A stretch of 63,417 nt of DNA, the filler included, from Chiloscyllium plagiosum (Eukaryota): the NCBI RefSeq assembly GCF_004010195.1. It is 4 parts of one record of this genome, joined end to end, with 100 filler letters (N's around TTAATTAATTAA, not from the genome) between each part and the next. Parts side by side here need not be neighbours in the genome. Positions count along the whole stretch, not along the records: positions 1 to 17,036 come from NC_057710.1; 3 more parts are not named here. One strand, given 5' to 3'. Position numbers and translations under genes: made by a program. Each line of letters starts with the position of its first letter. The stretch's first letter is position 1. Positions 1 through 12,839 of the stretch are shown here, piece by piece. The notes under the pieces were generated by a model. It made no database searches and was not told where the DNA came from. It saw nothing but the letters and a program-made list of their open reading frames with translations.

Positions 1-362
1 GTACTGGTTGGTACGGCGGGAAAGGAAGAAGCAGAGGGCTTTGAGTCCTTCGTGATGGGGGATGGAGGTGTACAGGGACTGGATGTCCATGGTGAAGATA
101 AGGCGTTGGGGACCGGGGAAGTGAAAATCATGGAGGAGGTGGAGGACGTGGGTGGTGTCCCGAACGTAGGTGGGGAGTTCTTGGACTAAGGGGGACAGGA
201 CCGTGTCGAGGTATGCAGAGATGAGTTCGGTGGGGTAGGAGCAGGCTGAGACAATGGGTCGGCCGGGGCAGTCAGGTTTATGGATTTTGGACAGGAGGTA
301 GAAACGGGCGGTGTGGGGGTTGTGGGACCGCCTCCAACCTCATAGTCCCACAACCCCACTGT
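1..362 (-). mobile_element. Penelope-like element (PLE) reverse transcriptase fragment, 5'-truncated with a short fold-back
   Basis: Minus-strand translation ...ELISAYLDTVLSPLVQELPTYVRDTTHVLHLLHDFHFPGPQRLIFTMDIQSLYTSIPHHEGLKAL... matches PLE RT motifs (YVRDT, TMDxxSLYTSI). Runs off the window start. Confidence 0.85.
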
Positions 363-594
363 CTGAGGGGCACTGTACATCACAGAGATAGCTGTGATCC
401 TGGTGAATCCAAAACATGAAGGATGAAACTTGAGTTGGAATCCACACTTTGCCCAAAGACTTTGCCAAATACTAGGAGAGAAAAGTAATGATGATGAACA
501 ATAAGAAAGGTTAGAATGGAAATCCTGTCAGAAAGAGGAGCAAAGCTTCTTAAAGGTGAGCATATCTGGGAGAGATATGGGAGTGAATTAAACA

Positions 595-725
595 CTATAA
601 CAAAACAAAGAACTGCAGATACTGGAGATCTGAAACAAAAAGCAGAGGTTGCTAGCGAAATTCTGGCAGCATCTGTGGAGAGAAAGTAAAATAACATTTG
701 AGTCCAGTGATTCTTCATCAGAAAG
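595..725 (-). mobile_element. Solo PLE terminal-repeat (pLTR) fragment with a degenerate hammerhead core
   Basis: Similar to 5515-5650 and 57015-57238; reverse complement starts TTCTGATGAAGAATCACTGGACTCAAATGTTA. Confidence 0.6.
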
Positions 726-1694
726 TTAATTTCTGATTTTGCTCAATTAACTGACTCACAGCTTCGTGGCAGTTACAATGCTACTCTCAGATTGACGTCC
801 CTGGCTACTGAGGAGAAAATTCAGTAAGAGTTCTCAGTCCCATTCAAAATATGGTTGCTTCAGTTGTGAAGGTTAGACTTGCTCATGGTCCTGCCCAGTT
901 TGAACAGACTGCCATCAGGTGCAGCCTAGCCTAACATGAAGAATGAGCAGATGGGTAAGGTATCATCTATGAATACAGGTGAGCTACCACCTCTAGGATG
1001 TGTGAGAGCTGAGGACAAAGCAAATGGTGACACAATGACAGCAGCACTCTACTTCTTTTAATTAAACTTAACATAAAAATAATTAAAATTATCACATCAA
1101 AATAAAATCCTGGACTGTGATCTGCTGCAATCTTATCGCACACTATCCACATTGAGGATGTTGATTTCAGGATGATATTGCCTCATGTGTCAAGGTCATA
1201 TCTCATCATTCCATCCTCTCCACGTCCCACAACTCCCTCATAACATTTTCATGAACAAGTTGGAACATACTGTAAAGGACACTGAGACAAGGATCTGGTT
1301 TTGGAATACTTTTCCAATAGAGACACAAAGTTATTCGCCTGGATTTTTATTCTGGCTCTGAGTCTCTGACATTGGGAACGCCTCTAGCTCCTGAGCCTGA
1401 TGTTTATGAGCCTGACATGCCCACAGCTATTTTCAAGCCATCAGCAAACTAAAGGCCGGTGAGCAGACACACCATCCCAGTGAGGATAGCAGATTGACTC
1501 CCTAGGCTAGAGGGCCAATGGGAGAACCAGGCAAGTCCAGGGCTGTGAATCCTGCTGCAAGTAGCTGATCTCCACAGGCTGGCGGACATCTACAAGGCAT
1601 AAGTCAGGAATATGAAAGAACTCTCCCCACTTAACTGGATTACTCCAGCTCCCAGAATACGCAAGAAGTTCAATACCATCTTGAACTAGATTGT

Positions 1695-2552
1695 TCTTTT
1701 TTTATAATCCTTTAACAGGATGCTGGCTAAATCAACATTTATTTGTTGTACAGCCCTGGAAAGGTGGTGATGAGTATCTTTCTCAAACTGCTGCAAACAC
1801 TCACAGCACTGTTAGAATTTCAGGATTTTGACACAGTGGCATTGACAGAATAGCGATACAGTTCCTCATCAGAATGGAGTGGGGCATGGAGGGGAACTTG
1901 CAGGAGGCTGTGTTCCCATGTGATTCCTGTCCCTGTCCAATGAGGTGGCTGAAGGTGTAGATTTGGAAGGCTCTATCAGAGGACCCTAGATGAGTGAAGT
2001 ACATTTTATAGATTTTATACACCGCTGCCACGAAGGGCCATTAGTGAATATTTATGTTGGTGGATGAGTTGCTAATCAAGCAGCCTACTTTACCCTGGAT
2101 GGTGTCAAATGTCTTGAGTGTTTTTAGTGCCACACTTGGCAAAGCCATGCAATTTGTGCCATCACACTTCTGATTTTGTCTTATGGATTGGCATTGAGGA
2201 GACAGGAGGAGAGCTATTTGCCTTAGAACGCCAAATCTCTCACCCAGTCTTAAAGCCAATCTATTCATACACCTGGTCCAGTCAGTTTCTGGTTAATCAT
2301 AATGCCCAGGATGTTGACATATGAGATTAAATTATGGTAATGCCATTGAATATCAAGGAGAATGTCATGGTTAGATGCTCTCCTGTTGGAAATGGTGGTT
2401 GCCTGGTCTTTGTGAAGCATGAACGGTATTTGCTAGCTATAAACTTACGCCTGATGTTGTCCAGAACTTGCTGCACATACACACAATCTGCTTTAGTATC
2501 TGAAAGACCATGACTAGTACTGAACATTACGCAATCATCACTGGACATCATT
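1695..2552 (-). mobile_element. Degenerate CR1/L2-group LINE 3' region (family B)
   Basis: Minus frame LKTLKTFDTIQGKVGCLI resembles the motif TTFKKLDTIQDKAA at 61744-61944; 3' tail shared with 30055-30830 and 61120-62368. Confidence 0.7.
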
Positions 2553-2916
2553 ATTTATAAAAATAAATGGCTGTTGAGAACAAAGGAAGATGTGGGACTC
2601 CAGTGGAATGAGGGGATTCCCGTGTATCTGTGAATGCAAGTTGAAAGGTTTTGACATGATTTAAGGCTAAAATTCAACTGAGGATAGAATTAAATTCTGA
2701 CACAACCTAGATGACACTAAATCAGCCAGACATTTCTCCACAGTCATTTTGTCGCCTGGCATCGCTCTATTAACTTAGTAGAAGGTAGTTTAAATCATCT
2801 TTGTAAAATCAGACCATATTAGCATCAAGTCTTACCACGCATAAAGCTGAATTATTGTGACTCAGTGCAATGCAAGCACAAAACTGTATGCAATTTTCAA
2901 AGAAAAATAGGCATGG

Positions 2917-3316
2917 CGCGGAGGCTGAGGGGTGACCTTATAGAGGTTTACAAAATTATGAGAGGCATGGATAGGATAAATAGGCAAAGTCTTTTCCCTG
3001 GGGTTGGAGAGACCAGAACTGGAGAGCATAGGTTTAGGGTGAGAGGGGAAAGCTTTAAAAGGAACCTAAGGGGCAACTTTTTCACGCAGAGGGTGGTACG
3101 TGTATGGAATGAGCTGCCAGAGGAAGTGGTGGAGGCTGGTACAATTGCAACATTTAAAAGGCATTTGGATGGGTATATGAATAGGAAGGGTTTGGAGGGA
3201 TATGTGCCAAGTACTGGCAGGTGGGACGAGATTGGGTTGGGATATCTGGTCGGCATGGACGGGTTGGACCAAAGGGTCTGTTTCCATGCTGTACATCTCT
3301 ATGACTCTATGATTCT
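2917..3316 (+). mobile_element. CR1 LINE 3' end (5'-truncated)
   Basis: RRLRGDLIEVYKIMRGMDR...FFTQRVVRVWNELP is the canonical CR1 ORF2 C-terminus; ends in CTATGACT/CTATGATT tail repeats. Confidence 0.95.
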
Positions 3317-4279
3317 TATCTCAGAATGAAAATAAAATGATATATCATTCCACACCGTCCCAGGAAATTGTTTTTTTGGATGTTAAATAAATGTGATTAA
3401 ACTCCAAATTCTATCAAACTGCCATCCAAAAGGTTGTCAAAAATGAAGAGTTTGATGCGAGTTGTGATCAATATTTCTCCTCAAGTTAATCCTTCACATT
3501 CATATTGCTTTCCTCAGTTGGAGAAAAGGAAATAAGTATGTGGCTATTGGTGCTGAGTCAGTTTGGTGCACTGGCAAGCAGTGTTTTTGTGCAAACGCTA
3601 ATAAATCCTTTCTGGTCAATCCTCCTTGTCTGTTTTGATGGCCAATCTAAGTTTCATAAACTAGTTTGGTGAAGTATGCTCAGATACAGATACAGAAACT
3701 ATGCTGTTATATCCTAGCTAATGGTCTGATACCTCTTTATTTACATTTTGCACCTTTTATTCCTGAAGCTTGCCAACAAGCCTTCACTTTTAATACTCAA
3801 CCATTATAAACCAGATCCACAGTGCTTGGACTAGATTTATGGTCACGAGGGACAGCTCTAGGCAGAGTACAAGTTGAGCATGGGGATAACTTGAGGGTCA
3901 ATAGAAACAGGGCATTAGGTGCTAGAGTAAGGGCAAAAGGTGGGAAGGTTAAAGGTAACTTAGGAAGGAGGCAGGGGAATAGCCTCCTGCTGCAGGTCAA
4001 TGTGGTGGTGTCCAGGGACATAGCCACAACAACTTGAAAATTTCCATAGTACAAGATTGGACAGGTACACCCTGTTCTTCTGCTAATATTGGCACATCTG
4101 CAGCATCAGTCCAGAACAATGTAACAATGGCCATTACGTCAACAAGGGATGTTAGCAGAAGGTCAGGAAGTTGGGGAAACAAGGGCACTGCGTGATATGG
4201 AGCATCAGCACATAATTGAATATACAGCAAATGCACTAACTACCTGTAATTGTTACAGTAGGACTGGCTGGTGATCAGT

Positions 4280-4872
4280 TGGCCAAAAGTTGAAAACTCA
4301 GCACAGTATTGAATTTCTACATCCATGGGTCTTTTCAAGGCTCCACTGGGAATGTGGGTGGCACCTTACAGACAGCCACACACAAATATCTCAGGAAGGT
4401 CACCAATATTCTGCTCAGGAGAGCCAATGATTTTGTTCGATTACCACAGACCCTGAGAAAGGGAAGCCTAGGATTTGTTGTCCTTACTGGACTTCCAAAG
4501 ATACAAGGGGCAATTGATTGCGCACGTATAGTGCAGGGCACAACCCAGCATTGAGACAATGAAAGGACATTCCCATTCTTGCAATGTGCAGCAATGTCAG
4601 CCTGTCACAAGTGACTCTGTCAAGTGGGCACAAGCCAAGTAGTCCTACGATTTGTCCAGCCTCACTGTCTCAGGTGCCACAAGGGTTTGTTCCCCCTCAG
4701 CATCTGTAAGGGTAGCTTCGGAGTGACAGGCAATAGCTACAAGGCCTAGTTGTATGGGAACCCACAGCCCCAGCAGAAGAGATACAACACTGTTAATACC
4801 TCAGCAAGGGCAACAACAGACTATTAAACTGCTGATGGTGAGGTTCCACTCAGATTGATCACCACAGTGTAC

Positions 4873-4906
<34 letters not shown>

Positions 4907-4970
4907 CCAGACTCATTACCTGTACCATATGATTCTGTCACTATGGTCTGTTGTGCTTCGCACAAATCAT
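4280..4970 (+). pseudogene. PIF/Harbinger DDE transposase fossil (HARBI1-like)
   Basis: Pieces in the expected order: NFYIHGSFQGSTGNVGG..., GLPKIQGAIDCARI (GxIDCTH motif), G*LRSDR (GWLLGD), QKRYNTVNTSARAT, QTIKLLMVRF (ExxIGxLKxRF), VCCASH (CCxLHN). Frameshifts and stops present. Confidence 0.8.
4876..4904. repeat. (AG)n microsatellite, about 14 units
   Basis: Directly visible. Confidence 0.95.
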
Positions 4971-5514
4971 GCACCAAAGGAGTGAGGAATTGTCAGGTGA
5001 AAAGATGGATCCTCTTCAGGTAATGAAGAAGAAAGGGAGAGTGTAGTGCAGCCGCCACGCCAGAGGTCAGAGCACTAACAGGACCAATTATGTCTTATCC
5101 CAAAGCAATCAAATTTCAACAAAAGTAAGGCCCCAACATGATCTTTTGATCATGTGAATAAACATTGTGGTGGAAATGTGAACAGATACAGCATAGTCCT
5201 TCCAGACCAGCCTTCGTTCCCATAACCTTTGGCATCTAGAAAAAAAATGGCAGGATCAAGCTAATGCTCATCAATCCACAAGTAATCACATGTGTCTCAG
5301 TTTTTTTTATTCACTCATAGTTTCTAGGCATTCCTGGCTGTTCCAGCATTTATTGCCTGTCTGTAGGTGCCCTGGAGAAGGTGGTCATGAGTTACCTTCT
5401 TCAACAACTACAGTTGACCTGCTGTAGGTTGACCCACAATGCTGTTAGGGAAGGTATTCCAGGATTTTGACTCACACTCCAAATGCCAGCAATACCTCAT
5501 TAAGAACTCTTTGT

Positions 5515-5650
5515 TCAGTGCTGAAGAAGGGTCACTGGACCTGAAACATTAACTCTGATTTCTCTCCACAGATGCTGCCAGACCTGTTGAGATTTTCCAT
5601 CAATTTCTGTTTTTGTTTTTGATCTCCAACATCTGCAGTTATTTTGTGTT
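5515..5650 (+). mobile_element. Solo PLE pLTR fragment with a hammerhead-like core
   Basis: CTGAAGA A GGGTC ACTG GACCT GAAA CATT AACT from 5521, followed by the family tail ...CAGATGCTGCCAGACCTG...ATCTGCAGTT. Confidence 0.7.
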
Positions 5651-5814
5651 TGTTTATGAACTCTTTATTTTCACCTGAAATATATCAAATGCCTCAGGTA
5701 GAGATGCTGCTGAAACAGCTTCTGATAGACAATAAGGGGATGATCACCTTGGGTTGCCAGCCAGTTTCCAAACTCCTGACCTTACAAATGCTTGCTAACT
5801 TAGAGATTTGCATG

Positions 5815-6065
5815 TTGCAAGAGGATCAGAGGTAGGCCATTTGGCTCATTGCGTCTGTTCTGCCATTCAATGCGATCACAGATGATCTGATAATCCTCAA
5901 CTTCACTTCCTGCCTTTAACCCATAATCCTTGATTCCCTTACTGATTAAAAACCTGTCTATCTCAATATTCTTAATGATCGAACCTCAACAGCTCTCTGT
6001 GGAAAAGAATTCAAGATTCACTACCTTCTGAGACAAGAAATTTGTCTTCATCTCTGTATTAAAAG
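5815..6065 (-). mobile_element. Old CR1 3' end
   Basis: Similar to the 3' end of the CR1 at 15673-15960 (GTAGGCCATT...CCATTCAAT...CCTGTCTATCTC). Confidence 0.65.
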
Positions 6066-6329
6066 ACAACACCTTTTCCTTTTCTCTGGACCTGGACTCT
6101 TCAACAACAGAGATGACAATTCTTCTAAGATGATACATTTAATGGTGTTCCTATGTTCCCAAAGCTTCTACCCTTTAATAGTTAATGAGCATCATAACCT
6201 TAAATAATCCTTTCAGTTTGTACAACTCCCTACATAATAATTATTAACACATATAAATAGTGACCAAACGATATACGTGTGCGGCGCGTGTGTGTGCCTG
6301 TTTCCACATGATATATAATAGCCATAGTA

Positions 6330-7620
6330 TGAATAAATGAGGCATCCATGCTATCATTGGCAATTAGAATCCTTCAGCTTGTGTTTCCTTACACTATCCT
6401 TAGTACAACCCCGACATCTGCAGCTAAGATGGAGGAAGTCTATGTATGCTGTGCCCTGTTTCCAGGGTGGCCTTTCACTGCTGTTCAAGACCCAGGAGGT
6501 GCCAGCCTGCTTGAGTTGTCCTGTAATGGGTGCAGGCTCAGTCTCCTCGACTGAGGAGAAGGGGCAACAGTGCACCCTGAGATGTAGAGCCTATGGCCAG
6601 TGTGCCTAAATGTGGGCCTGAGTCCATATCTGGTAGCTACAGTGTACTGATAAAGCTGACTCCCTGTGATTGTTGCTAATTGCTGTCAACATGGAGGTGG
6701 GCATGTGCAAGATCCGTGGCAGAACTCAGGACTTGGATTACAACTCCACCTTTCCCTCAAGGCTGTACATTGCCTCTGACTTTGCTGCCAAATATTCCGC
6801 TAACTGACCCCGCATCTCCAAGGTTCTGATAACCATTACAAATGTATTTCATTTGCAAGGGGCTCAGCAAGGAGCTGATCCACAACAGTCCTCTGACTGA
6901 CACATCCTCCATCTGCTGCAGGGGTGTGTTTGTGACCCTCAGTCTAATTGTGAAAATGTATGTATTATTGAATGTTTCTGCGATGGTGGAGGATGTAGAG
7001 TGATGCAACAGTGTATCCTGGGGCTGGTCCAGTTCAGCATCCTCAGATGTGGAGGTTAGGCTTGCTGTAGGTTGCTTTCGCTTTTAGTCTATGACTCTGT
7101 TTACCTGTGTGAGTGAACACAGACATTAGTTGCCCTGTATCAGTATCCCTGTCCTCTCAGATCTGAACACAAGATCCTCACTCACTCTGATGCCCTGAAA
7201 CTCCAGCCCTTTCCATCGACATTGAATTGGCCACCACCCTCCCCTCCAGACCTGTGCCTCTTCTTCAGTGCTGATCAGGAGTCTAATTTCTGGGGCATTT
7301 CCAGCCCCTCCTTCCCCAGCTTTGCCTTTTCTACACACAACACACAAAACTATGACAGCTGCCATCACTCTCCTACAGTTGAGAAAACTTTCATTGTATG
7401 AACTAGTTCTGACATGTTCCGTTGGAACTGAGGCCAGTTCGCAGTTCTCTTTTTGCAATCTCCAGCATGACATCCCTCTCCACTTGAGCATTGACACTTG
7501 TTGGTGCCTGTGTGAGTGTCACTTTGTAGTAACCAGCCAACGCCTCTTTTCCAGAAGAGATTGATTCTTGTTCTTCACTGGACATAGTTTTGAAGGAGGA
7601 CTCCATGGGTGCTAGTCTCC
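6330..7620 (-). pseudogene. Possible Harbinger second-ORF (Myb/SANT-like) remnant, convergent with the transposase
   Basis: Minus strand near 7555-7585 reads Q*RTRINLF, like the QCRKRxNDL motif of Myb/SANT partners. Lies beside the Harbinger transposase; a possible N-terminal continuation is at about 11428-11600. Heavily decayed. Confidence 0.4.
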
Positions 7621-7624
7621 AGCG

Positions 7625-10600
7625 TGATGTGGAGGTGCCGGTGTTGGACTGGGGTGGACAAGGTCAGCAGTCACACGACACCAGGTTATAGCCTGACAGG
7701 TTTATTTGAAATCATAAGCGCTGCTTCTTCATCAGGTGAAGTGAAGAAAAGCACATAGGCACAGAATTTATCAGCAGAGACATCAATGGGCAGGGAGATA
7801 AAAAGATCATACAAATGGTGTGAGTGGAGTGTCGACAGGTTGAATAATAAATCTCTGCAGGTGATCAAAAGTGTCAGACAGTGTGAGTAAAGTGTCAACA
7901 GCTGAATAGTAAGTGAAGGGATGTCCTATAATCTGATTAAGTGAGGGAGAAAAAAATTAAAAATAATTTGGTGTTGGAGACAAACCAAATGGCTAGAATA
8001 ACATGCTAGGCCGCATAAGTGTTGCATGGCAAGGATCTAACCAAAGTAACAAGTAATCCAAAACAGTACAAACTAATTAAGGTAGAGAGATCATAACAGG
8101 TTATCAAGGTGATGGTGTCAAAACAGGACAGTAAGGAAGATGTTACAGATACAGAATAGTGTGATGGGGTCACTTGTAGTGTGATATGAACCCATTATCA
8201 CGGTTGAGGCCGTCTTCATGGGTATGGAACTACACTATCAGTTTCTGCTCAGCGATTCTGTGTTGTTGTGTATTTCAAAGTCCACCTTGGAGGACACTTA
8301 CTAGAAGATAACAGGCTGAATATCCTTGGCATTGAAATGTTCCCCGACTGGGAGGGAACATCTCTGTCTGGTGATTATTGCTCAGTGTCCATTCCTCCGT
8401 TGCCGTAGCATTGAATTGAATTGAATTGAATTTATTGTCACGTGTACCGAGGCACAGTGAAAAGCTTTGTCTTGCGAGCAATACAGACAGATCACAGAGT
8501 TAAGTAGCATAGATAATAAATAATAGGTAAACAGCAGCAAAAACAAAAACACAGGTACAGGCGAATGTTAAGCATTTGTGAGTCCATTCAGTATTCTAAC
8601 AACAGTAGGGTAGAAACTGTTACGAAACCGGCTGTTGCATGTGTTCAGGCTTCTGTACCTTCTCCCCGATGGTAGAGGTTGTAGAAAAACATTGCCAGGG
8701 TGGGACGGATCTTAAAGAATGCTGGCGGCCTTTCCTTGACAGCGGGCCTGGTAGATGGATTCTATAGATGGGAGGTTGGCCTTTGTGATTGTCCGGGCCG
8801 AGTTCACCACTCTCTGTAACTGTCTCCGATCTTGAATGGTACAGTTGCCATACCAGGTAGTGATACATCCACACAGAATGCTCTCGATGGCGCACCTATA
8901 AAAATTAGCAAGGGTATTCACCGTAATGCCAAATTCCCTCAGCTGCCTGAGGAAGAAGAGACGTTGTTGGGCCTTAGTAACCAGTGCAACCACATGAACA
9001 GTCCAAGGAAGCTTGTGGTGGATAAACAGTCCCAGGAGCTTGACACTCTCCACTCGTTCCACCTCTGTGCTATTAACGTATAGGGGGCCATGAGTAACAT
9101 CCTACCGAAAGTCAGCAAAGAGTTCGTTGGTTTGGCTGGCATTGAGAGCTAGGTTGTTCTCAGTGCACCATTTTTCCAGGTCTTCCACCTCCGGTCTGTG
9201 GTCTGTTTCATCACCATCTGAGATTTGACCAACTATGGTGGTGTCATCAGTGAACTTGTAAATGGCATTAGTCTGGTATTTGGTGACGCAGTAATGGGTA
9301 TACAGTGAGTACAGTAGGGGGCTGAGTACACACCCCTGAGGGGCTCCCGTGTTGAGTGTTAGTGAGGATTAAATATTGTTCCCAGTCTTTACTGATTGTG
9401 GCCTGTGGGTTAGGAAACTGAGGATCCAGTTGCAGAGAGTGGGGCTTAGTTGATGATCACTAAGTTTAGTAATCAGCCTTGAGGAGATAATAGTGCTGAA
9501 GGCTGAACTGTAGTCAATGAGTAGAATTATTACGTAGCTGTTCTTGGTATCAAGATGTTCTAGGGAAGAGTGAAAGGCAAGTGATATTCCATCTGACATG
9601 GATCTCCTGGTCCGATAGGCAAATTGGAGTTGGCCAAGAGTAGTGGGGAGGCTGGAGCTGATTAATGCCATGACCAACCTTTCAAAGCTCTTCATGACCA
9701 TCGAAGTTAGGGCCACTGGGCAGTAGTCATTGATTCATGCTGTACAAGCCTTCTTAAGTACAGGAATGATGTTGGTCCTCTTGAAACAGGCAGGGACAGT
9801 GGCCTACTGCAGGGAGAGGTTGAAGATATCCAAGGAGACCTCTGCCAGTTGATCTGCGCACGCTCTGAGTACACGGTCTGGTACTCCGTCTGGTCCCATC
9901 ACTTTCCTTGGATTCGCACGAAGGAAAACCAATCTGATCTCAGTGCAGTGTCTGTTGGGACAGGTTTATCAGGACTTTTTGGAATAGGTATTACCTCTCC
10001 GCCAAAATTCTGCTCAAAGCGAGCATAGAAGGTGTTGAGACAATCTCGGAGGGATAGGCCATTGTCTGCTATCTTGCATTGTCACTTTTTAGAACCTGTG
10101 ATGTCATTCAGTCCTTGCCATAGTCACTGGTGTCTGTCTGGGTCTCTAGTTTGGATCAGTATTGTTCCTTGGCTGTCTTAATGGCTCTACGAAGGTCTTA
10201 CTTGGATTCCTTATCTCTGAGTGGGTCTCCTGATCTGAAGGCCTCACACCTGGATTTTAGTAGGTTCTGTATGTCCTGATTCATCCAGGGTTTCCTGTTG
10301 GGGAACACCTGGTTTGACTTCCTCGGTATGCAGTCCTCCACACACTTGCTGATAAAGATTGTGACAGTGGCGTACCCGTCCAAGGTGCCTGTGGACTGTT
10401 TGAACATGGCCCAATCAGCCGATTCCAGACAGCACTGAAGTTGATCCTCTGCCTCCTCTGACCAGCATTGGGCCTGTATCTGCGAGGGGGTCTCCTGCTT
10501 GAGCTTTTGCCTGTAAGCCAGGAGAAGAAACACGGCATTGTGATCGGAGTTCCTGAAATGAGGGCAGGGATGGATCAGTTGGCATCTTTCACAGTGATGT

Positions 10601-11427
10601 AGCAGTGGTCTAAAATGTTCGGGCTCCTGGTGGGGCAGGTAATGTTCTGGTGGTAATTGGGCAACACCTTCCTTAGATTGGCATCTGTGTGGTCTTGACA
10701 ATATACTAGGCCTCAGGGCATCCTTACCTGCAGCGTATGAGATAGACAGCATTGGCCGAGTCACATGGGTATCTGCCGTATACATGGAGGGCAGTGTTGT
10801 CATTGATGCTAATTGTCATTGATGCCTTGTTGAAGGCTGTGAAGAAGATGACGTAGTTTCTCCACTCCAGGGAAGTACTGGACAACAAAGGGTATTCTAT
10901 CGGTCATATCCTGCGTCTGTTTTCTGAGGCGGTCGCCACGGTTTTTTGCTTTGGGACTTCGGAACTGGTGATTGATGGATTGAGAATCATATCCTGTTCT
11001 TATGAGGGCATCTTTCAGCACCTCTAGGTGTCCATCACTGTCCTCCTCGTCTGAGCAGATCTTGTGTATGCGCAGGGCTGTCTGTAGGGGATGGCTTCTT
11101 CAACATGTTTAGGGTGGAAGCTAGAGAAGTGCAGCATTCTGAGGTTATCTGTGGGCTTGCGGTAGAGTGAGGTACAGAGGTGTCCGTCCTTGATGGACAA
11201 ATGTGTGTCCAAAAACAAGACGAATTCTGAAGAGTGGTCCATGGTAAATCTGGTGGTGGGATGAACTTATTGATATTGTTGTATAATCATTTCGGTTATT
11301 CCTCGCCATGAGTCCAGAGGAAGAAAATGTTGTCAATGTATCTGGTGTATAGCATTGATTGGAGGTCCTGTGCAGCAAAGAAGCATTGCTTGAACTTGCA
11401 CATGAAAATGTTGGCATATTGGGGTGC
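7625..11427 (-). mobile_element. Penelope-like element (RT C-terminus, GIY-YIG region, pLTR), 5'-truncated, interrupted by Rex1/Babar
   Basis: Minus frames FLDTHLSIKDGHLCTSLYRKPTD...HFSSFHPKHV and RIPFVVQYFPGVEKLRH are typical PLE RT/linker. The pLTR end at 7625-7745 is similar to 61351-61470. Confidence 0.85.
8412..10680 (-). mobile_element. Rex1/Babar non-LTR retrotransposon, 5'-truncated and frameshifted
   Basis: ALTSMVMKSFERLV, QFAYR, LLIDYSSAFSTI, KAQQRLFFLRQL, FYRCAIESILCGCITTWYGNC, SDHNAVFLL, FPNRKPW; (TTGAA)n tail at 8411-8430; GCAT on both sides (8408-8411, 10681-10684). Confidence 0.9.
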
Positions 11428-11699
11428 CTCATGAGCCTGCCTTTCTCAGATGAAAAGGCCTTGTGCTGCAATCGCTGAGAGACAGCAGCTCCCACCATTC
11501 CTGGAGAAGAACATAGAACAGGCATTGCTAAATCACACAGCCACTTATCTATTCTGAGGCGTCACTCCAGAATAGCAAGTAGTAATAGCAATTGAGGCTA
11601 TGCAGAAGCCAGAGTTTAGAAGGTGCTAGCAGCAGTTATAGCCTCAAAACATCCATTCACACAGCGAAACTGATGTTACTGGATTGCGGGGAATGAATA

Positions 11700-11822
11700 G
11701 GAGGAAGTGAGGTCTGCAGGTGCCAGAGATCAGAGTCGAGAGTGTGTTGCTGGAAAAGCACAGCAGATCAGGCAGCATCCAAGGAGTAGGAGAATTGACA
11801 TTTCAGGCTGGAGCCCTTCATA
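11700..11822 (-). mobile_element. Solo PLE pLTR fragment
   Basis: Homologous to the reverse complement of 51655-51775; truncated inside the hammerhead core. Confidence 0.7.
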
Positions 11823-12839
11823 CCTGTCTAGATGCCTTTTAATATAGTGACTGGGCCTTTGACCCCAAGAAGTAGTGGGAGGATTGTTGTGCTGACTACT
11901 CCATGGTTGGCCACATGGCCAGGCCCCTCATCCATAAATGTCTAGTTGGTAGACTACTGAATAATTGCACATGTCCAGCCAATATGCAGAAGTCCTCCTG
12001 TCATGACAATTGCAATACTGCAAGATTCTGGCCTAAGTTTGTAATCACAACAGAGAGAATGATTCAGTTCATTTTAGTTATTTCATTCATAAACATCTGC
12101 AGATCTCCTAACTCTATCAACTCTTTATTTTCTGATTTATGCTTTCATGCTGATATTGAGATAAAATTTCCTGACATTAGTCCTAAATTTTCCTTTTACT
12201 AGTTTGTAACAATTATCCTGGTTAAGTTGTGAAGTACTGTTCCAGACTTAATGTTATTGTTCGCTGGGTTATTAACCTTTAAAATGTCACCTCTTTGATC
12301 TTTGTTCCTCTGTCAAGACTGAATCATTGAAGTTACTGCATTCTTTCCTCCAAACTTGGTCCCATTTACCAGTAACCTGCCTCAGCACTCCTCTTTGAGC
12401 TACCTCCAAATCTTGCGCTGATTTTCTCTCTTGATCACCTTTAAAATGTTGCACTGAGGTTTTGTCAGTGCAGCCAAAGCAGCTCCAAGTAAATTCCTGG
12501 CCTAAATCAAACAGACACCACATCCCACAAATATATTATCGAATTCATCACAGCTATCTATTCAGTTAGCACTTCCATGTAAAATAAGAGCATGGTAGCA
12601 TCAGCTATTACAAAATTTGAAGCAGAATAATTATGATTCTTGTACAAGTGTTTAAAAATCTGTAACCTCATTAAAAGAAAGTAATGACAGGCTTTCTCTA
12701 AGTAAAAGACAGTTCAAACACTAATATCTGGTATAATGAATACATTAGAGAAACAGAAATTGGAGACAATGCAGAACTAAATTCGATTAAACTTAGAAAT
12801 AATTAGGGAAGTTTGAATTAAGTTGCAAATAAATCTTGG

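Noticed and set aside
4309..4554. Domesticated HARBI1 gene
   Set aside because: Multiple stops and frameshifts, degraded catalytic motifs and a microsatellite insertion indicate a transposon fossil.
7700..7740. Functional hammerhead in the long PLE's pLTR
   Set aside because: CTGATGA is present on the minus strand, but the 3' side of stem II and GAAA are deleted.
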